A DNA stretch of 64,000 nt from the human T2T-CHM13v2.0 reference genome, Homo sapiens, in assembly GCF_009914755.1 (NCBI RefSeq), contig NC_060933.1. One strand, given 5' to 3'. The position numbers and the translations under genes were made by a program. The notes beneath the pieces are model-generated. The model was given only the letters and a program-made list of their open reading frames with translations, ran no database searches and was not told the DNA's origin. This document shows, piece by piece, positions 27,500-42,400 of this stretch. Positions within the stretch are counted from its first letter, which is position 1, and the number at the start of each line of letters is the position of its first letter.

Positions 27500-30400
27500 C
27501 AATGGAAAGGAATGGAATGGAATGTAATGTAATGTAATGGAATGGAATGGAATGGAATGGAATCAACCCGAGTGCAATGGAATGGAGTGGAATGGAATGG
27601 AATGGAATGGAAACTACCCGAATGGAATGGAATGGAATGGAGGGTAAGGGAATTGAATAGAATCAATCCGAATGGAATGGAATGGAATGGAACGGAATGT
27701 AATGTAATGGAATGGAATGGAATCAACCCGAGTGCAGGGGAATGGAATGGAATGGAATGCAATGGAATGCAATCATCCGGAATGGAATGGAATGGAATGC
27801 AATGGAATGGAATGGAATGGAATCAACCCGAGTGCAATGGAATGGAGTGAAATGGAATGGAATGGAATGGAGACAACCAGAATGGATTGGAATATAATGG
27901 AGTGTAAGGGAATTGAATAGAATCAATCTGAATGTAATGAAATGGAATGGAATGGAATGGAATGGAATGGAATGGAATGGAATGCAATGGAATGGAATCA
28001 ACCCGAGTGCAATCGAATGGAATCGAATGGAATGGAATGCAATGGAATGGATTCAACTTGAATGGAATGGAAAGAATGGAATCAACACGAGTGGAATGGC
28101 ATGGATTGGAATGGAATGGAATGGAATCAACCCGAGTACAGGGGAATGGAATGGAATGGAATGCAATTAAATGGAATCATCCGTAATGGAATGGAAAGGA
28201 ATGGAATGGAATGGAATGGAATGGAATGGAATGGAATCAACTCGATTGCAATCGAATGGAATGGAATGGAATTAACCCGAATAGAATGGAATGGAATGGA
28301 ATGGAACGGAACGGAATGGAATGGAATGGAATGGAATGGAATGGAATGCAATGGAATGGAACGGAAAGGAAGGGAATGGAATGGAATAGAATGGAATGGA
28401 ATGGAATCAACGCGAGTGCAGGGGAATGGAATGGAAGGGAATGCAATGGAATGGAATCTTCCGGAATGGAATGGAATGGAATGGAATGGAATGGAATGGA
28501 ATGGAATCAACCCGAGTACAATGGAATGGAGTGGAATGGAATGGAATGGAATGGAACAACCCGAATGGAATGGAATGTAATGTAGAGTAAGGGAGTTGAA
28601 TAGAATCAATCCGAATGTAATGGAATGGAATGGAACGGAATGAAATTGAATGGAATTGAATGGAATGCAATGGAATGGAATCAACCCGAGTGCAATGGAA
28701 TGTAGAGGAATGGAATGGAATGGAATGGAATCTACCCGAATGGAATGGAATGTAATGGAGTGTAAGGGAATTGAATACAATCAATCCGAATGTAATGGAA
28801 TGGAATGGAACGGAATGGAATGGAATGGAATGGAATGGAATGGAATGGAATGCAATGGAATGGAATCAACCCGAGTGCAATCGAATGGAATCGAATGGAA
28901 TGGAATGCAATGGAATGGATTCAACTTGAATGGAATGGAAAGAATGGAATCAACACGAGTGGAATGGCATGGATTGGAATGGAATGGAATGGAATCAACA
29001 CGAGCACAGGGGAATGGAATGGAATGGAATGCAATGGAATGGAATCATCCGTAATGGAATGGAAAGGAATGGAATGGAATGGAATGGAATGGAATAGAAT
29101 GGAATGGAATCAATTCGATTGCAATGGAATGGAATGGAATGGAATTAACCCGAAGAGAATGGAATGGAATGGAATGGAACGGAACGGAATGTAATGCAAT
29201 GGAATGGAATGGAATGGAACGGAACGTAATGGAATGGAATGGAATGGAATGGAATCAACGCGAGTGCAGGGGAATGGAATGGAATGGAATGCAATGGAAT
29301 GGAATCTTCCGGAATGGAATGGAATGGAATGGAATGGAATGAAATGCAATGGATTCAACTGAATTGCAATGGAATGCAATAGAATGGAATGGAATGGAAT
29401 GGAATGGAATGGAATTAATTCAAATAGAATGGAATGGAATGGAATGGAACGGAATGGAACGGAATGGAATGGAATGCAATGGAATGGAATGGTATGGAAT
29501 GGAATTGAATGGTACGGAATAGAATGGAATGGAACGAACTGTAATGGATTGGAATGGAATGGAATGGAATGGAATGGAATGGAATGGAATGGAATCAACG
29601 CGAGTGCATGGGAATGTAATGGAACGGAATGCAATGGAATGGAATCATCCGGAATGGAATGGAATGGAATGGAATGGAATGGAATCAACCTGAGTGCAAT
29701 GGAATGGAGTGGAATGGAATGGAATGGAATGGAACAACCCGAATGGAATGGAATGGAATGGAGAGTAAGGGAGTTGAATAGAATAAGTCCGAATGTAATG
29801 GAATGGAATGCAACGGAATGGAATGGAATGGAATGGAATGGAATGCAATGGAATTGAATCAACCCGAGTACAATGGAATGGTATGGAATGGAATGGAATG
29901 GAATGGAGTGGAATGGAATGGAATGGAATGATACGGAATAGAATGGAATGGAACGAAATGGAATGGAATGGAATGGAATGGAATAGTTCCGAGTGGAATA
30001 GGAGGGAATGTATTCGAGTGGAATGGAAAGGAATGGAATCAACCAGAGTGGAATGGAAGGGAATGGAATGGAATGGAAACTAATACAATGGAATCAACCC
30101 GAGAGGAATGGAATGGAAAGGACTGGAATGGAATGGAATGGAATGGAATCAACTCGATTGTAATGGAATGGAATGGAATGGAATGGAATGCAATAGAATG
30201 GAATCTTCCGGAATGGAATGGAATGGAATGGAATGGAATGGAATGGAATGCAATGGATTCAACTCGATTGCAATGGAATGGAATAGAATGAAATGGAATG
30301 GAATGGAATGGAATGGAATGGAATGGAATTAAACCGAATAGAATGGACTGGAATGGAATGGAACGGAACAGAACGGAACGGAACCGAACGGAGTGGAATG

Positions 30401-33400
30401 GAATGGAATGGAATTGTATGGAATGGAATGGAATGGTACGGAATAGAATGGAATGTAAAGAATTGGAATGGAATGGAATCAAATGGAATGGAATGGAATG
30501 GAATGGAATCAACCCGAGTGCAGGGGAATGTAATGGAACGGAATGCAATGGAATGGAATCATCCGGAATTGAATGGAATGGAATGGAATGGAATGGAATG
30601 GAATCAACCCGAGCGCAATGGAATGGAGTGGAATGGAATGGAATGGAATGGAACAACCCGAATGGAATGGAATGGAATGGAGAGTAAGGGAGTTGAATAG
30701 AATCAATCCGAATGTAATGGAATGGAACGGAATGGAATGGAATGGAATGGAATGGAATGGAATGGAATGGAATGCAATGGAATGGAATCAACCCGAGTAC
30801 AATGGAACGGAATGGAATGCAATGTAATGGAATGTAATGGAATGGAATGGAATGGAATGGAATGGAATGGAATGGAATGGAATCAACCCGAGTGCAATGG
30901 AATGGAGAGGAATGGAATGGAATGGAATGGAAACTACCCGATTGGAATGGAATGGAATGGAGTGTAAGGGAATTGAATAGAATCAATCCGAATGGAATGG
31001 AATGGAATTGAACGGAATGTAATGTAATGGAATGGAATGGAATCAACCCGAGTGAAGGGGAATGGAATGGAATGGAATGCAATGGAATGGAATCATGCGG
31101 AATGGAATGGAATGGAATGCAGTGGAATGGAATGGAATGGAATCAACCCGAGTGCAATGGAATGGAGTGAAATGGAATGGAATGGAATGGAGACAACCAG
31201 AATGGATTGGAATATAATGGAGTGTAAGGGAATTGAATACAATCAAACTGAATGTAATGAAATGGCATGGAACGGAATGCAATGGAAAGTAATGGAATGG
31301 AATGGAATGCAATGGAATGGAATCAACCCGAGTGCAGTCGAATGGAATCGAATGGAATGGAATGCAATGGAATGGATTCAACTTCAATGGAATGGAAAGA
31401 ATGGAATCAACACGAGTGGAATGGCATGGATTGGAATGGAATGGAATGGAATCAACCCGAGTATAGGGGAATGGAATGGTATGGAATGCAATGGAATGGA
31501 ATCATCCGTAATGGAATGGAAAGGAATGGAATGGAATGGAATGGAATCAACTCGATTGCAATCGAATGCAATGGAATGGAATTAACCCGAATAGAATGGA
31601 ATGGAATGGAATGGAACGGAACGGAATGGAATGGAATGGAATGGAATGGAATGGAACGGAACGGAACGGAATGGAATGGAATGGAATGGAATGGAATGGA
31701 ATCAACGCGAGTGCAGGGGAATGGAATGGAATGGAATGCAATGGAATCGAATCTTCCGGAATGGAATGGAATGGAATGGAATGGAATGAAATGCAATGGA
31801 TTCAACTCGATTGCAATGGAATGGAATAGAATGGAATGGAATGGAATGGAATGGAATTAATTCGAATAGAATGGAATGGAATGGAATGGAACGGAATGGA
31901 ATGGAATGGAATGGAATGGTATGGAATGGAATGGAATGGTACGGAATAGAATGGAATGGAACGAATTGTAATGGAATGGAATTGAATGGAATGGATTGGA
32001 ATGGAATGGAATCAACGCGAGTGCAGGGGAATGTAATGGAACAGAATGCAATGGAATGGAATCATCCTGAATGGAATGGAATGGAATGGAATGGAATGGA
32101 ATCAACCCGAGTGCAATGGAATGGAGTGGAATGGAATGGAATGGAATGGAACAACCCGAATGGAATGGAATGTAATGGAGAGTAAGGGAGTTGAATAGAA
32201 TCAATCCGAATGTAATGGAATGGAATGGAATGGAATGGAATGGAATGGAATGGAATGCAATGGAATTGAATCAACCCGAGTACAATGGAATGGAATGGAA
32301 TGGAATGGAATGGAATGGAATGATACGGAATAGAATGGAATGGAACGAAATGGAATGGAATGGAATGGAATGGAATGGAATGGAATGGAATGGAATGGAA
32401 TCATTCCAAGTGGAATAGGAGGGAATGTATTCGAGTGGAATGGAAAGGAATGGAAAAAACCTGAGTGGAATGGAAGGGAATGGAATGGAATGGAAACTAA
32501 TACAATGGAATCAACCCGAGAGGAATGGAATGGAAAGGACTGGAATGGAATGGAATGGAATAGAATCAACTCGATTGAAATGGAATGGAATGGAATGGAA
32601 TGGAATGGAATGGAATGGAATTAACCCGAATACAATGCAATGGAATGGAATGGAACGGAATGGAGGGGAATCGAATGGAATCAACCCGAGTGCAAGGGAA
32701 TGGAATGGAATGGAATGCAATGGAATGGAATCATCCGGAATGGAATGGAATGGAATGGAATGCAAAGCAATGGAATCAACTCGATTGCAATGGAATGGAA
32801 TGGAATGGAAAGGAATACATTGGAATCAACCCGAGTGGAATGGAATGGAAAGGACTGGAATGGAGTGGAATGGAATGGAATGGAATGGAATGGAATCAAC
32901 TCGATTGGAATGGAATGGAATGGAATGGAATGGAATGGAATCGAATTAACCCAAATAGAATGGAATGGAATGTAATGGAACGGAAGGGAATGGAATGGAA
33001 TGGAATGGAATGGAATGGAATCAACCCGACTGCAGGGGAATGGAATGGAATGGAATGCAATGGAATGGATTCAACTTGAATGGAATGGAAAGAATGGAAT
33101 CAACACGAGTGGAATGGCATGGATTGGAATGGAATGGAATGGAATCAACCCGAGTACAGGGGAATGGAATGGAATGGAATGCAATGGAATGGAATCATCC
33201 GTAATGGAATGGAAAGGAATGGAATGGAATGGAATGGAATGGAATGGAATGGAATCAACTCGATTGCAATCGAATGGAATGGAATGGAATTAACCCGAAT
33301 AGAATGGAATGGAATGGAATGGAACGGAACGGAACGGAATGGAATGGATTGGAATGGAATGGAATGGAATGGAATGGAACGGAAAGGAATGGAATGGAAT

Positions 33401-36400
33401 GGAATGCAATGGAATGGAATGGAATGGAATCAACGCGAGTGCAGGGGAATGGAATGGAATGGAATGCAATGGAATGGAATATTCCGGAATGGAATGGAAT
33501 GGAATGGAATGGAATGGAATGGAATAAACCCGAGTGCAATGGAATGGAGTGGAATGGAATGGAATGGAATGGAACAACCCGAATGGAATGGAATGTAATG
33601 CAGAGTAAGGGAGTTGAATAGAATCAATCCGAATGTAATGGAATGGAATGGAACGGAATTGAATTGAATGGAATGGAATGGAATGCAATGGAATGGAATC
33701 AACCCGAGTGCAATCGAGTGGAATCGAATGGAATGGAATGCAATGGAATGGAGTCAACTTGAATGGAATGGAAAGAATGGAATCAACACGAGTGGAATGG
33801 CATGGATTGGAATGGAACGGAATGGAACCAACCCGAGTACAGAGGAATGGAATGGAATGGAATGCAATGGAATGGAATCATCCGTAATGGAATGGAAAGG
33901 AATGGAATGGAATGGAATGGAATGGATCGGAATGGAATGGAATCAACTCGATTGCAATCGAATGGAACGGAATGGAATTAACCCGAATAGAATGGAATGG
34001 AATGGAATGGAACGGAACGGAATGGAGTGGAATGGAATGGAATGGAATGGAACGGAAAGGAAGGGAATGGAATGGAATAGAATGGAATGGAATGGAATCA
34101 ACGCGAGTGCAGGGGAATGGAATGGAATGGAATGCAATGGAATGGAATCTTCCGGAATGGAATGGAATGGAATGGAATGGAATGGAATGGAATGGAATCA
34201 ACCCGAGTGCAATGGAATGGAGTGGAATGGAATGAAATGGAATGGAACAACCCAAATGGAATGGAATGTAATGGAGAGTAAGGGAGTTGAATAGAATCAA
34301 TCCGAATGGAATGGAATGGAATGGAACGGAATGGAATTGAATGGAATGGAATGGAATGCAATGGAATTGAATCAACCCGAGTACAATGGAGTGGAATGGA
34401 ATGGAATGGAACGAAATGGAATGGAACGGAATGGAATGGAATGGAATGGAATGGAAAGGAATCGTTCCGAGTGGAATAGGAGGGAATGTATTCGAGTGGA
34501 ATGGAAAGGAATGGAAGAAACCAGAGTGGAATGGAAGGGAATGGAATGGAATGGAAACTAATAGAATGGAATCAACCCGAGTGGAATGGAATGGAAAGGA
34601 CTGGAATGGAATGGAATGGAATGGAGTCAACTCGATTGTAATGGAATGGAATGGAATGGAATGGAATGGAATGGAATTAACCCGAATACAATGGAATGGA
34701 ATGGAATGGAACGGAATGGAGTGGAATGGAATGGAATCAACCCGAGTGCAGGGGAATGGAATGGAATGGAATGCAATGGAATGGAATCATCCGGAATGCA
34801 ATGGAATGGAATGGAATGCAAAGCAATGGAATCAACTTGATTGCAATGGAATGGAATTGAATGGAAAGGAATACATTGGAATCAACCCGAGTGGAATGGA
34901 ATGGAAAGGACTGGAATGGAGTGGAATGGAATAGAATGGAATCAACCCGAGCGCAATGGAATGGAGTGGAATGGAATGGAATGGAATGGAACAACCCGAA
35001 TGGAATGGAATGTAATGGAGAGTAAGGGAGTTGAATAGAATCAATCCGAATGTAATGGAATGGAACGGAATGGAATGGAATGGAATGGAATGGAATGGAA
35101 TGGAATGGAATGCAATGGAATGGAATCAACCCGAGAACAATGGAACGGAATGGAATGGAATGGAATGTAATGGAATGGAATGGAATGGAATGGAATGGAA
35201 TGGAATCAACCCGAGTGCAATGGAATGGAGAAGAATGGAATGTAATGGAATGGAAACTACCCGAATGGAATGGAGTGTAAGGGAATTGAATAGAATCAAT
35301 CCGAATGCAATGGAATGGAATGGAACGGAATATAATGTAATGGAATGGAATGGAATCAACCCGAGTGCAGGGGAATGGAATGGAATGGAATGCAATGGAA
35401 TGGAATCATCCGGAATGGAATGGAATATAATGGAGTGTAAGGGAATTGAATAGAATCAATCTGAATGTAATGAAATGGAATGGAACGGAATGGAATGGAA
35501 TGTAATGGAATAGAATGGAATGCAATGGAGTGGAATCAACCCGAGTGCAATCGAATGGAATCGAATGGAATGGAATGCAATGGAATGGATTCAACTTGAA
35601 TGGAATTGAAAGAATGGAATCACCACGAGTGGAATGGCATGGATTGGAATGGAATGGAATGGAATCAACCAGAGTATAGGGGAATGGAATGGTATGGAAT
35701 GCAATGGAATGGAATCATCCGTAATGGAATGGAAAGGAATGGAATGGAATGGAATGGAATGGAATGGAATGGAATGGAATGGAATCAACTCGATTGCAAT
35801 CGAATGGAATGGAATGGAATTAACCCGAATAGAATGGAATGGAACGGAACGGAATGGAATGGAATGGAATGGAATGGAACGGAACGGAATGGAATGGAAT
35901 GGAATGGAATGGAATGGAATGGAATGGAATCAACGCGAATGCAGGGGAATGGAATGGAATGGAATGCAATGGAATGGAATCTTCCGGAATGGAATGGAAT
36001 GGAATGGAATGGAATGAAATGCAATGGATTCAACTCGATTGCAATGGAATGGAATAGAATGGAATGGAATGGAATGGAATGGAATTAATTCGAATAGAAT
36101 GGAATGGAATGGAATGGAACGGAATGGAACGGAATGGAATGGAATGGAATGGAATGGAACGGAATGGAACGGAATGGAATGGAATGGAATGGAATGGAAT
36201 GGAATGGAATGGAATGGTATGGAATGGAATGGAATGGTACGGAATAGAATGGAATGGAACGAATTGTAATGGAATGGAATTGAATGGAATGGAATGGAAT
36301 GGAATGGAATCAACGCGAGTGCAGGGGAATGTAACGGAACGGAATGCAATGGAATGGAATCATCCGTAATGGAATGGAATGGAATGGAATGGAATGGAAT

Positions 36401-39400
36401 CAACCCGAGTGCAATGGAATGGAGTGGAATCGAATGGAATGGAATGGAACAACCCGAATGGAATGGAATGTAATGGAGAGTAAGGGAGTTGAATAGAATC
36501 AATCCGAATGTAATGGAATGGAATGCCACGGAATGGAATGGAATGGAATGGAATGGAATGCAATGGAATTGAATCAACCCGAGTGCAATGGAATGGAGAG
36601 GAATGGAATGGAATGGAATGGAAACTACCCGAATGGATTCGAATGTAATGGAGTGTAAGGGAATTGAACAGAATCAATCCGAATGTAACGGAATGGAATG
36701 GAACGGAATGGAATGGAATTGAATGGAATGGAATGGAATGGAATGGAATGCAATGGAATGGAATCAACCCGAGCGCAATCCAATGGAATCGAATGGAATG
36801 GAATGCAATGGAATGGATTCAACTTGTATGGAATGGAAAGAATGGAATCAACACGAGTGGAATGGAATGGATTGGAATGGAAGGGAATGGAATCAACCCG
36901 AGTACAGGGGAATGGACTGGAATGGAATGCAATGGAATGGAATCATCCGTAATGGAATGGAAAGGAATGGAATGGAATGGAATGGAATGGAATGGAATGG
37001 AATCAACTCGATTGCAATCGAATGGAATGGAATGGAATTAACCCGAATAGAATGGAATGGAATGGAATGGAACGGAACGGAATGGAATGGAATGGAATGG
37101 AATAGAACGGAACGGAATGGAATGGAATGGAATGGAATGGAATCAACGCGAGTGCAGGGGAATGGAATGGAATGGAATGCAATGGAATGGAATCTTCCGG
37201 AATGGAATGGAATGGAATGGAATGGAATGAAATGCAATAGATTCAACTCGATTGCAATGGAATGGAATAGAATGGAATGGAATGGAATGGAATGGAATTA
37301 ATTCGAATAGAATGGAATGGAATGGAATGGAACGGAATGGAACGGAATGGAATGGAATGCAATGGAATGGAATGGTATGGAATGGAATTGAATGGTACGG
37401 AATAGAATGGAATGGAACGAATTGTAATGGAATGGAATGGAATGGAATGGAATGGAATGGAATGGAATGGAATCAACGCGAGTGCAGGGGAATGGAATGG
37501 AATGGAATGCAATGGAAAGGAATCATCCGGAATGGAATGGAATGGAATGGAATGCAAAGCAATGGAATCAACTCGATTGCAATGGAATGGAATGGAATGG
37601 AAAGGAATACATTGGAATCAACCCGAGTGGAAAGGAATGGAAAGGACTGGAATGGAGTGGAATGGAATGGAATGGAATGGAATGGAATGGAAAGGACTGG
37701 AATGGAGTGGAATGGAGTGGAATGCAATGGAATGGAATCAACTCGATTGGAATGGAATGGAATGGAATGGAATGGAATGGAATGGAATGGAATTAACCCG
37801 AATAGAATGGAATGGAATGGAATGGAACGGAACGGAATGGAATGGAATGGAATGGAATGGAATGGAATGGAATGGAATGGAATGGAAACAACCCGACTGC
37901 AGGGGAATGGAATGGAATGGAATGCAATGGAATGGATTCAACTTGAATGGAATGGAAAGAATGGAATCAACACGAGTGGAATGGCATGGATTGGAATGGA
38001 ATGGAATGGAATCAACCCGAGTACAGGGGAATGGAATGGAAGGGAAGGCAATGGAATGGAATCATCCGTAATGGAATGGAAAGGAATGGAATGGAATGGA
38101 ATGGAATGGAATGGAATCAACTCGATTGCAATCGAATGGAATGGAATGGAATTAACCCGAATAGAATGGAATGGAAGGGAATGGAACGGAACGGAACGGA
38201 AAGGAATGGAATGGAATGGAATGGAATGGAATGCAATAGAATGGAATCAACCCGAGTACAGGGGAATGGAATGGAATGGAATGAAATGGAATGGAATCAT
38301 CCGTAATGGAATGGAAAGAAATGGAATGGAATGGAATGGAATGGAATGGAATGGAATCAACTCGATTGCAATCGAATGGAATGGAATGGAATTAACCCGA
38401 ATAGAATGGAATGGAATGGAATGGAACGGAACGGAACGGAATGGAATGGAATGGAATGGAATGGAACGGAAAGGAAGGGAATGGAATGGAATAGAATGGA
38501 ATGGAATGGAATCAACGCGAGTGCAGGGGAATGGAATGGAATGGAATGCAATGGAATGGAATCTTCCGGAATGGAATGGAATGGAATGGAATGGAATGGA
38601 ATGGAATGGAATGGAATGAACCCGAGTGCAATGGAATGGAGTGGAATGGAATGGAATGGAATGGAACAACCCAAATGGAATGGAATGTAATGGAGAGTAA
38701 GGGAGTTGAATAGAATCAATCCGAATGTAATGTAATGGAATGGAACGGAATGGAATTGAATGGAATGGAATGGAATGCAAAGGAATGGAATCAACCCGAG
38801 TGCAATGGAATGGAGACGAATGGAATGGAATGGAATGGAAACTACCCGAATGGAATGGAATGTAATGGAGTGTAAGGGAATTGAATAGAATCAATCCGAA
38901 TGTAATGGAATGGAATGGAACGGAATGGAATGGAATGGAATGGAATGGAATGGAATCAACCCGAGTGCAATGGAATGGAGTGGAATGGAATGGAATGGAA
39001 TGGAACAACCCAAATGGAATGGAATGTAATGGAGAGTAAGGGAGTTGAATAGAATCAATCCGAATGTAATGGAATGGAATGGAACGGAATGGAATTGAAT
39101 GGAATGGAATGGAATGCAATGGAATGGAATCAACCCAAGTGCAATGGAATGGAGAGGAATGGAATGGAATGGAATGGAAACTACCCGAATGGAATGGAAT
39201 GAAATGGAGTGTAAGGGAATTGAATAGAATCAATCCGAATGTAATGGAATGGAATGGAACGGAATGGAATGGAATGGAATGGAATGGAATGGAATGGAAT
39301 GGAATGCATTGGAATGGAATCAACCCGAGTGCAATAGAATGGAATCGAATGGAATGGAATGCAATGGAATGGATTCAACTTCAATGGAATGGAAAGAATG

Positions 39401-42400
39401 GAATCAACACGAGTGGAATGGCATGGATTGGAATGGAATGGAATGGAATCAACCCGAGTACAGGGGAATGGAATGGAATGGAATGCAATGGAATGGAATC
39501 ATCCGTAATGGAATGGAAAGGAATGGATTGGAATGGAATGGAATGGAATGGAATGGAATCAACTTGATTGCAATCGAATGGAATGGAATGGAATTAACCC
39601 GAATAGAATGGAATGGAATGGAATGGAACGGAACGGAATGGAATGGAATGGAATGGAATGGAATGGAATGATACGGAATAGAATGGAATGGAACGAAATG
39701 GAATGGAATGGAATGGAATGGAATGGAGTGTAAGGGAATTGAATAGAATCAATCCGAATATAATGGAATGGAATGGAACGGAATGGAATGGAATGGAATG
39801 GAATGGAATGGAATGGAATGCAATGGAATGGAATCAACCCGAGTGAAATCGAATGGAATCGAATGCAATGGAATGCAATGGAATGGATTCAACTTGAATG
39901 GAATGGAAAGAATGGAATCAACACGAGTGGAATGCCATGGATTGGAATGGAATGGAGTGGAATCAACCCGACTACAGGGGAATGGAATGGAATGGAATGC
40001 AATGGAATGGAATCATCCGTAATGGAATGGAAAGGAATGCAATGGAATGGAATGGAATGGAATGGAATGGAATGGAATGGAATCAACTCGATTGCAATCA
40101 AAATGGAATGGAATGGAATTAACCCGAATAGAATGGAATGGAATGGAATGGAACGGAATGGAATGGAATGGAATGGAATGGAATGGAATGGAACGGAACG
40201 CAATGGAATGGAATGGAATGGAATGGAATGGAATGGAATGGAATGGAATGGAATCAACGCGAGTGCAGGGGAATGGAATGGAATGGAATGCAATGGAATG
40301 GAATCTTCCGGAATGGAATGGAATGGAATGCAATGGAATGAAATGCAATGGATTCAACTCGATTGCAATGGAATGGAATAGAATGGAATGGAATGGAATG
40401 GAATGGAATTAATCCGAATAGAATGGAATAGAATGGAATAGAATGTAATGGAACTGAATGGAACGGAATGGAATGGAATGGAATGCAATGGAATGCAATG
40501 GAATGGAATGGAATGGAATGGTACGGAATAGAATGGAATGGAACGAATTGTAATGGAATGGAATTGAATGGAATGGAATGGAATGGAATGGAATCAACGC
40601 GAGTGCAGGGGAATGTAATGGAACGGAATGCAATGGAATGGAATTATCCGGAATGGAATGGAATGGAATGGAATGGAATGGAATGGAATGGAATCAACCC
40701 GAGTGCAATGGAATGGAGTGGAATGGAACGCAATGGAATGGAACAACCCGAATGGAATGGAATGTAATGGAGAGTAAGGGAGTTGAATAGAATCAATCCG
40801 AATGGAATGGAATGGAATGGAATGGAATGGAATGGAATGGAATGCAATGGAATGGAATCAACACGAGTAAAATGGAGTGGAATGGAATGGAATGTAATGG
40901 AATGGAATGGAATAGAATGGAATGGAATCAACCCGAGTGCAATGGAATGGAGAGGAATGGAATGGAATGGAATGGAAACTACACGAATGGAATGGAATGT
41001 AATGGAGTGTAAGGGAATTGAATAGAATCAATCCGAATGGAATGGAATGGAATGGAACGGAATGTAATGTAATGGAATGGAATGGAATCAACCCGATTGC
41101 AGGGGAATGGAATGGAATGCAATGCAATGGAATGGAATCATCCGTAATGGAATGGAAAGGAATGGAATGGAATGGAATGGAATGGAATGGAATGGAATCA
41201 ACTCGATTGCAATCGAATGGAATGGAATGGAATTAACCCGAATAGAATGCAATGGAATGGAATGGAAAGGAAGGGAATGGAATGGAATGGAATGGAATGG
41301 AACGGAAAGGAAGGGAATGGAATGGAATAGAATGGAATGGAATGGAATCAACGCGAGTGCAGGGGAATGGAATGGAATGGAATGCAATGGAATGGAATCT
41401 TCCGGAATGGAATGGAATGGAATGGAATGGAAACAACCCGAGTGCAATGGAATGGAGTGGAATGGAATGGAATGGAATGGAACAACCCGAATGGAATGGA
41501 ATGTAATGGAGTGTAAGGGAGTTGAATAGAATCAATCCGAATGTAATGGAATGGAATGGAACGGAATGGAATTGAATGGAATGGAATGGAATGCAATGGA
41601 ATGGAATCAACCCGAGTGCAATGGAATGGAGAGGAATAGAATGGAATGGAATGGAAACTACCCGAATGGAATGGAATGTAATGGAGTGTAAGGGAATTGA
41701 ATAGAATCAATCCGAATGTAATGGAATGGAATGGAACGGAATGGAATGGAATGGAAAGGAATGGAATGGAATGGAATCAACCCGAGTGCAATCGAATGGA
41801 ATCGAATGGAATGGAATGCAATGGAATGGATTCAACTTGAACGGAATGGAAAGAATGGAATCAACACGAGTGGAATGGCATGGATTGGAATGGAATGGAA
41901 TGGAATCAACCCGAGTACAGGGGAATGGAATGGAATGGAATGCAATGGAATGGAATCATCCGTAATGGAATGGAAAGGAATGGAATGGAATGGAATGGAA
42001 TCAACTCGATTGCAATCGAATGGAATGGAATGGAATTAACCCGAATAGAATGGAATGGAATGGAACGGAACGGAACAGAACGGAATGGAATGGAATGGAG
42101 TGGAACGGAACGTAACGGAACGGAATGGAATGGAATGGAATGGAATGGAATCAACGCGAGGGCAGGGGAATGGAATGGAATGGATTGCAATGGAATGGAA
42201 TCTTCCGGAATGGAATGGAATGGAATGGAATGGAATGCAATGGATTCAACTCGATTGCAATGGAATGGAATAGAATGGAATGGAATGGAATGGAATGGAA
42301 TTAACCCGAATAGAATGGAATGGAATGGAATGGAACGGAACGGAAAGGAACGGAACGGAATGGAATGGAATGGAATGGAATGGAATGGAATGGAACGGAA

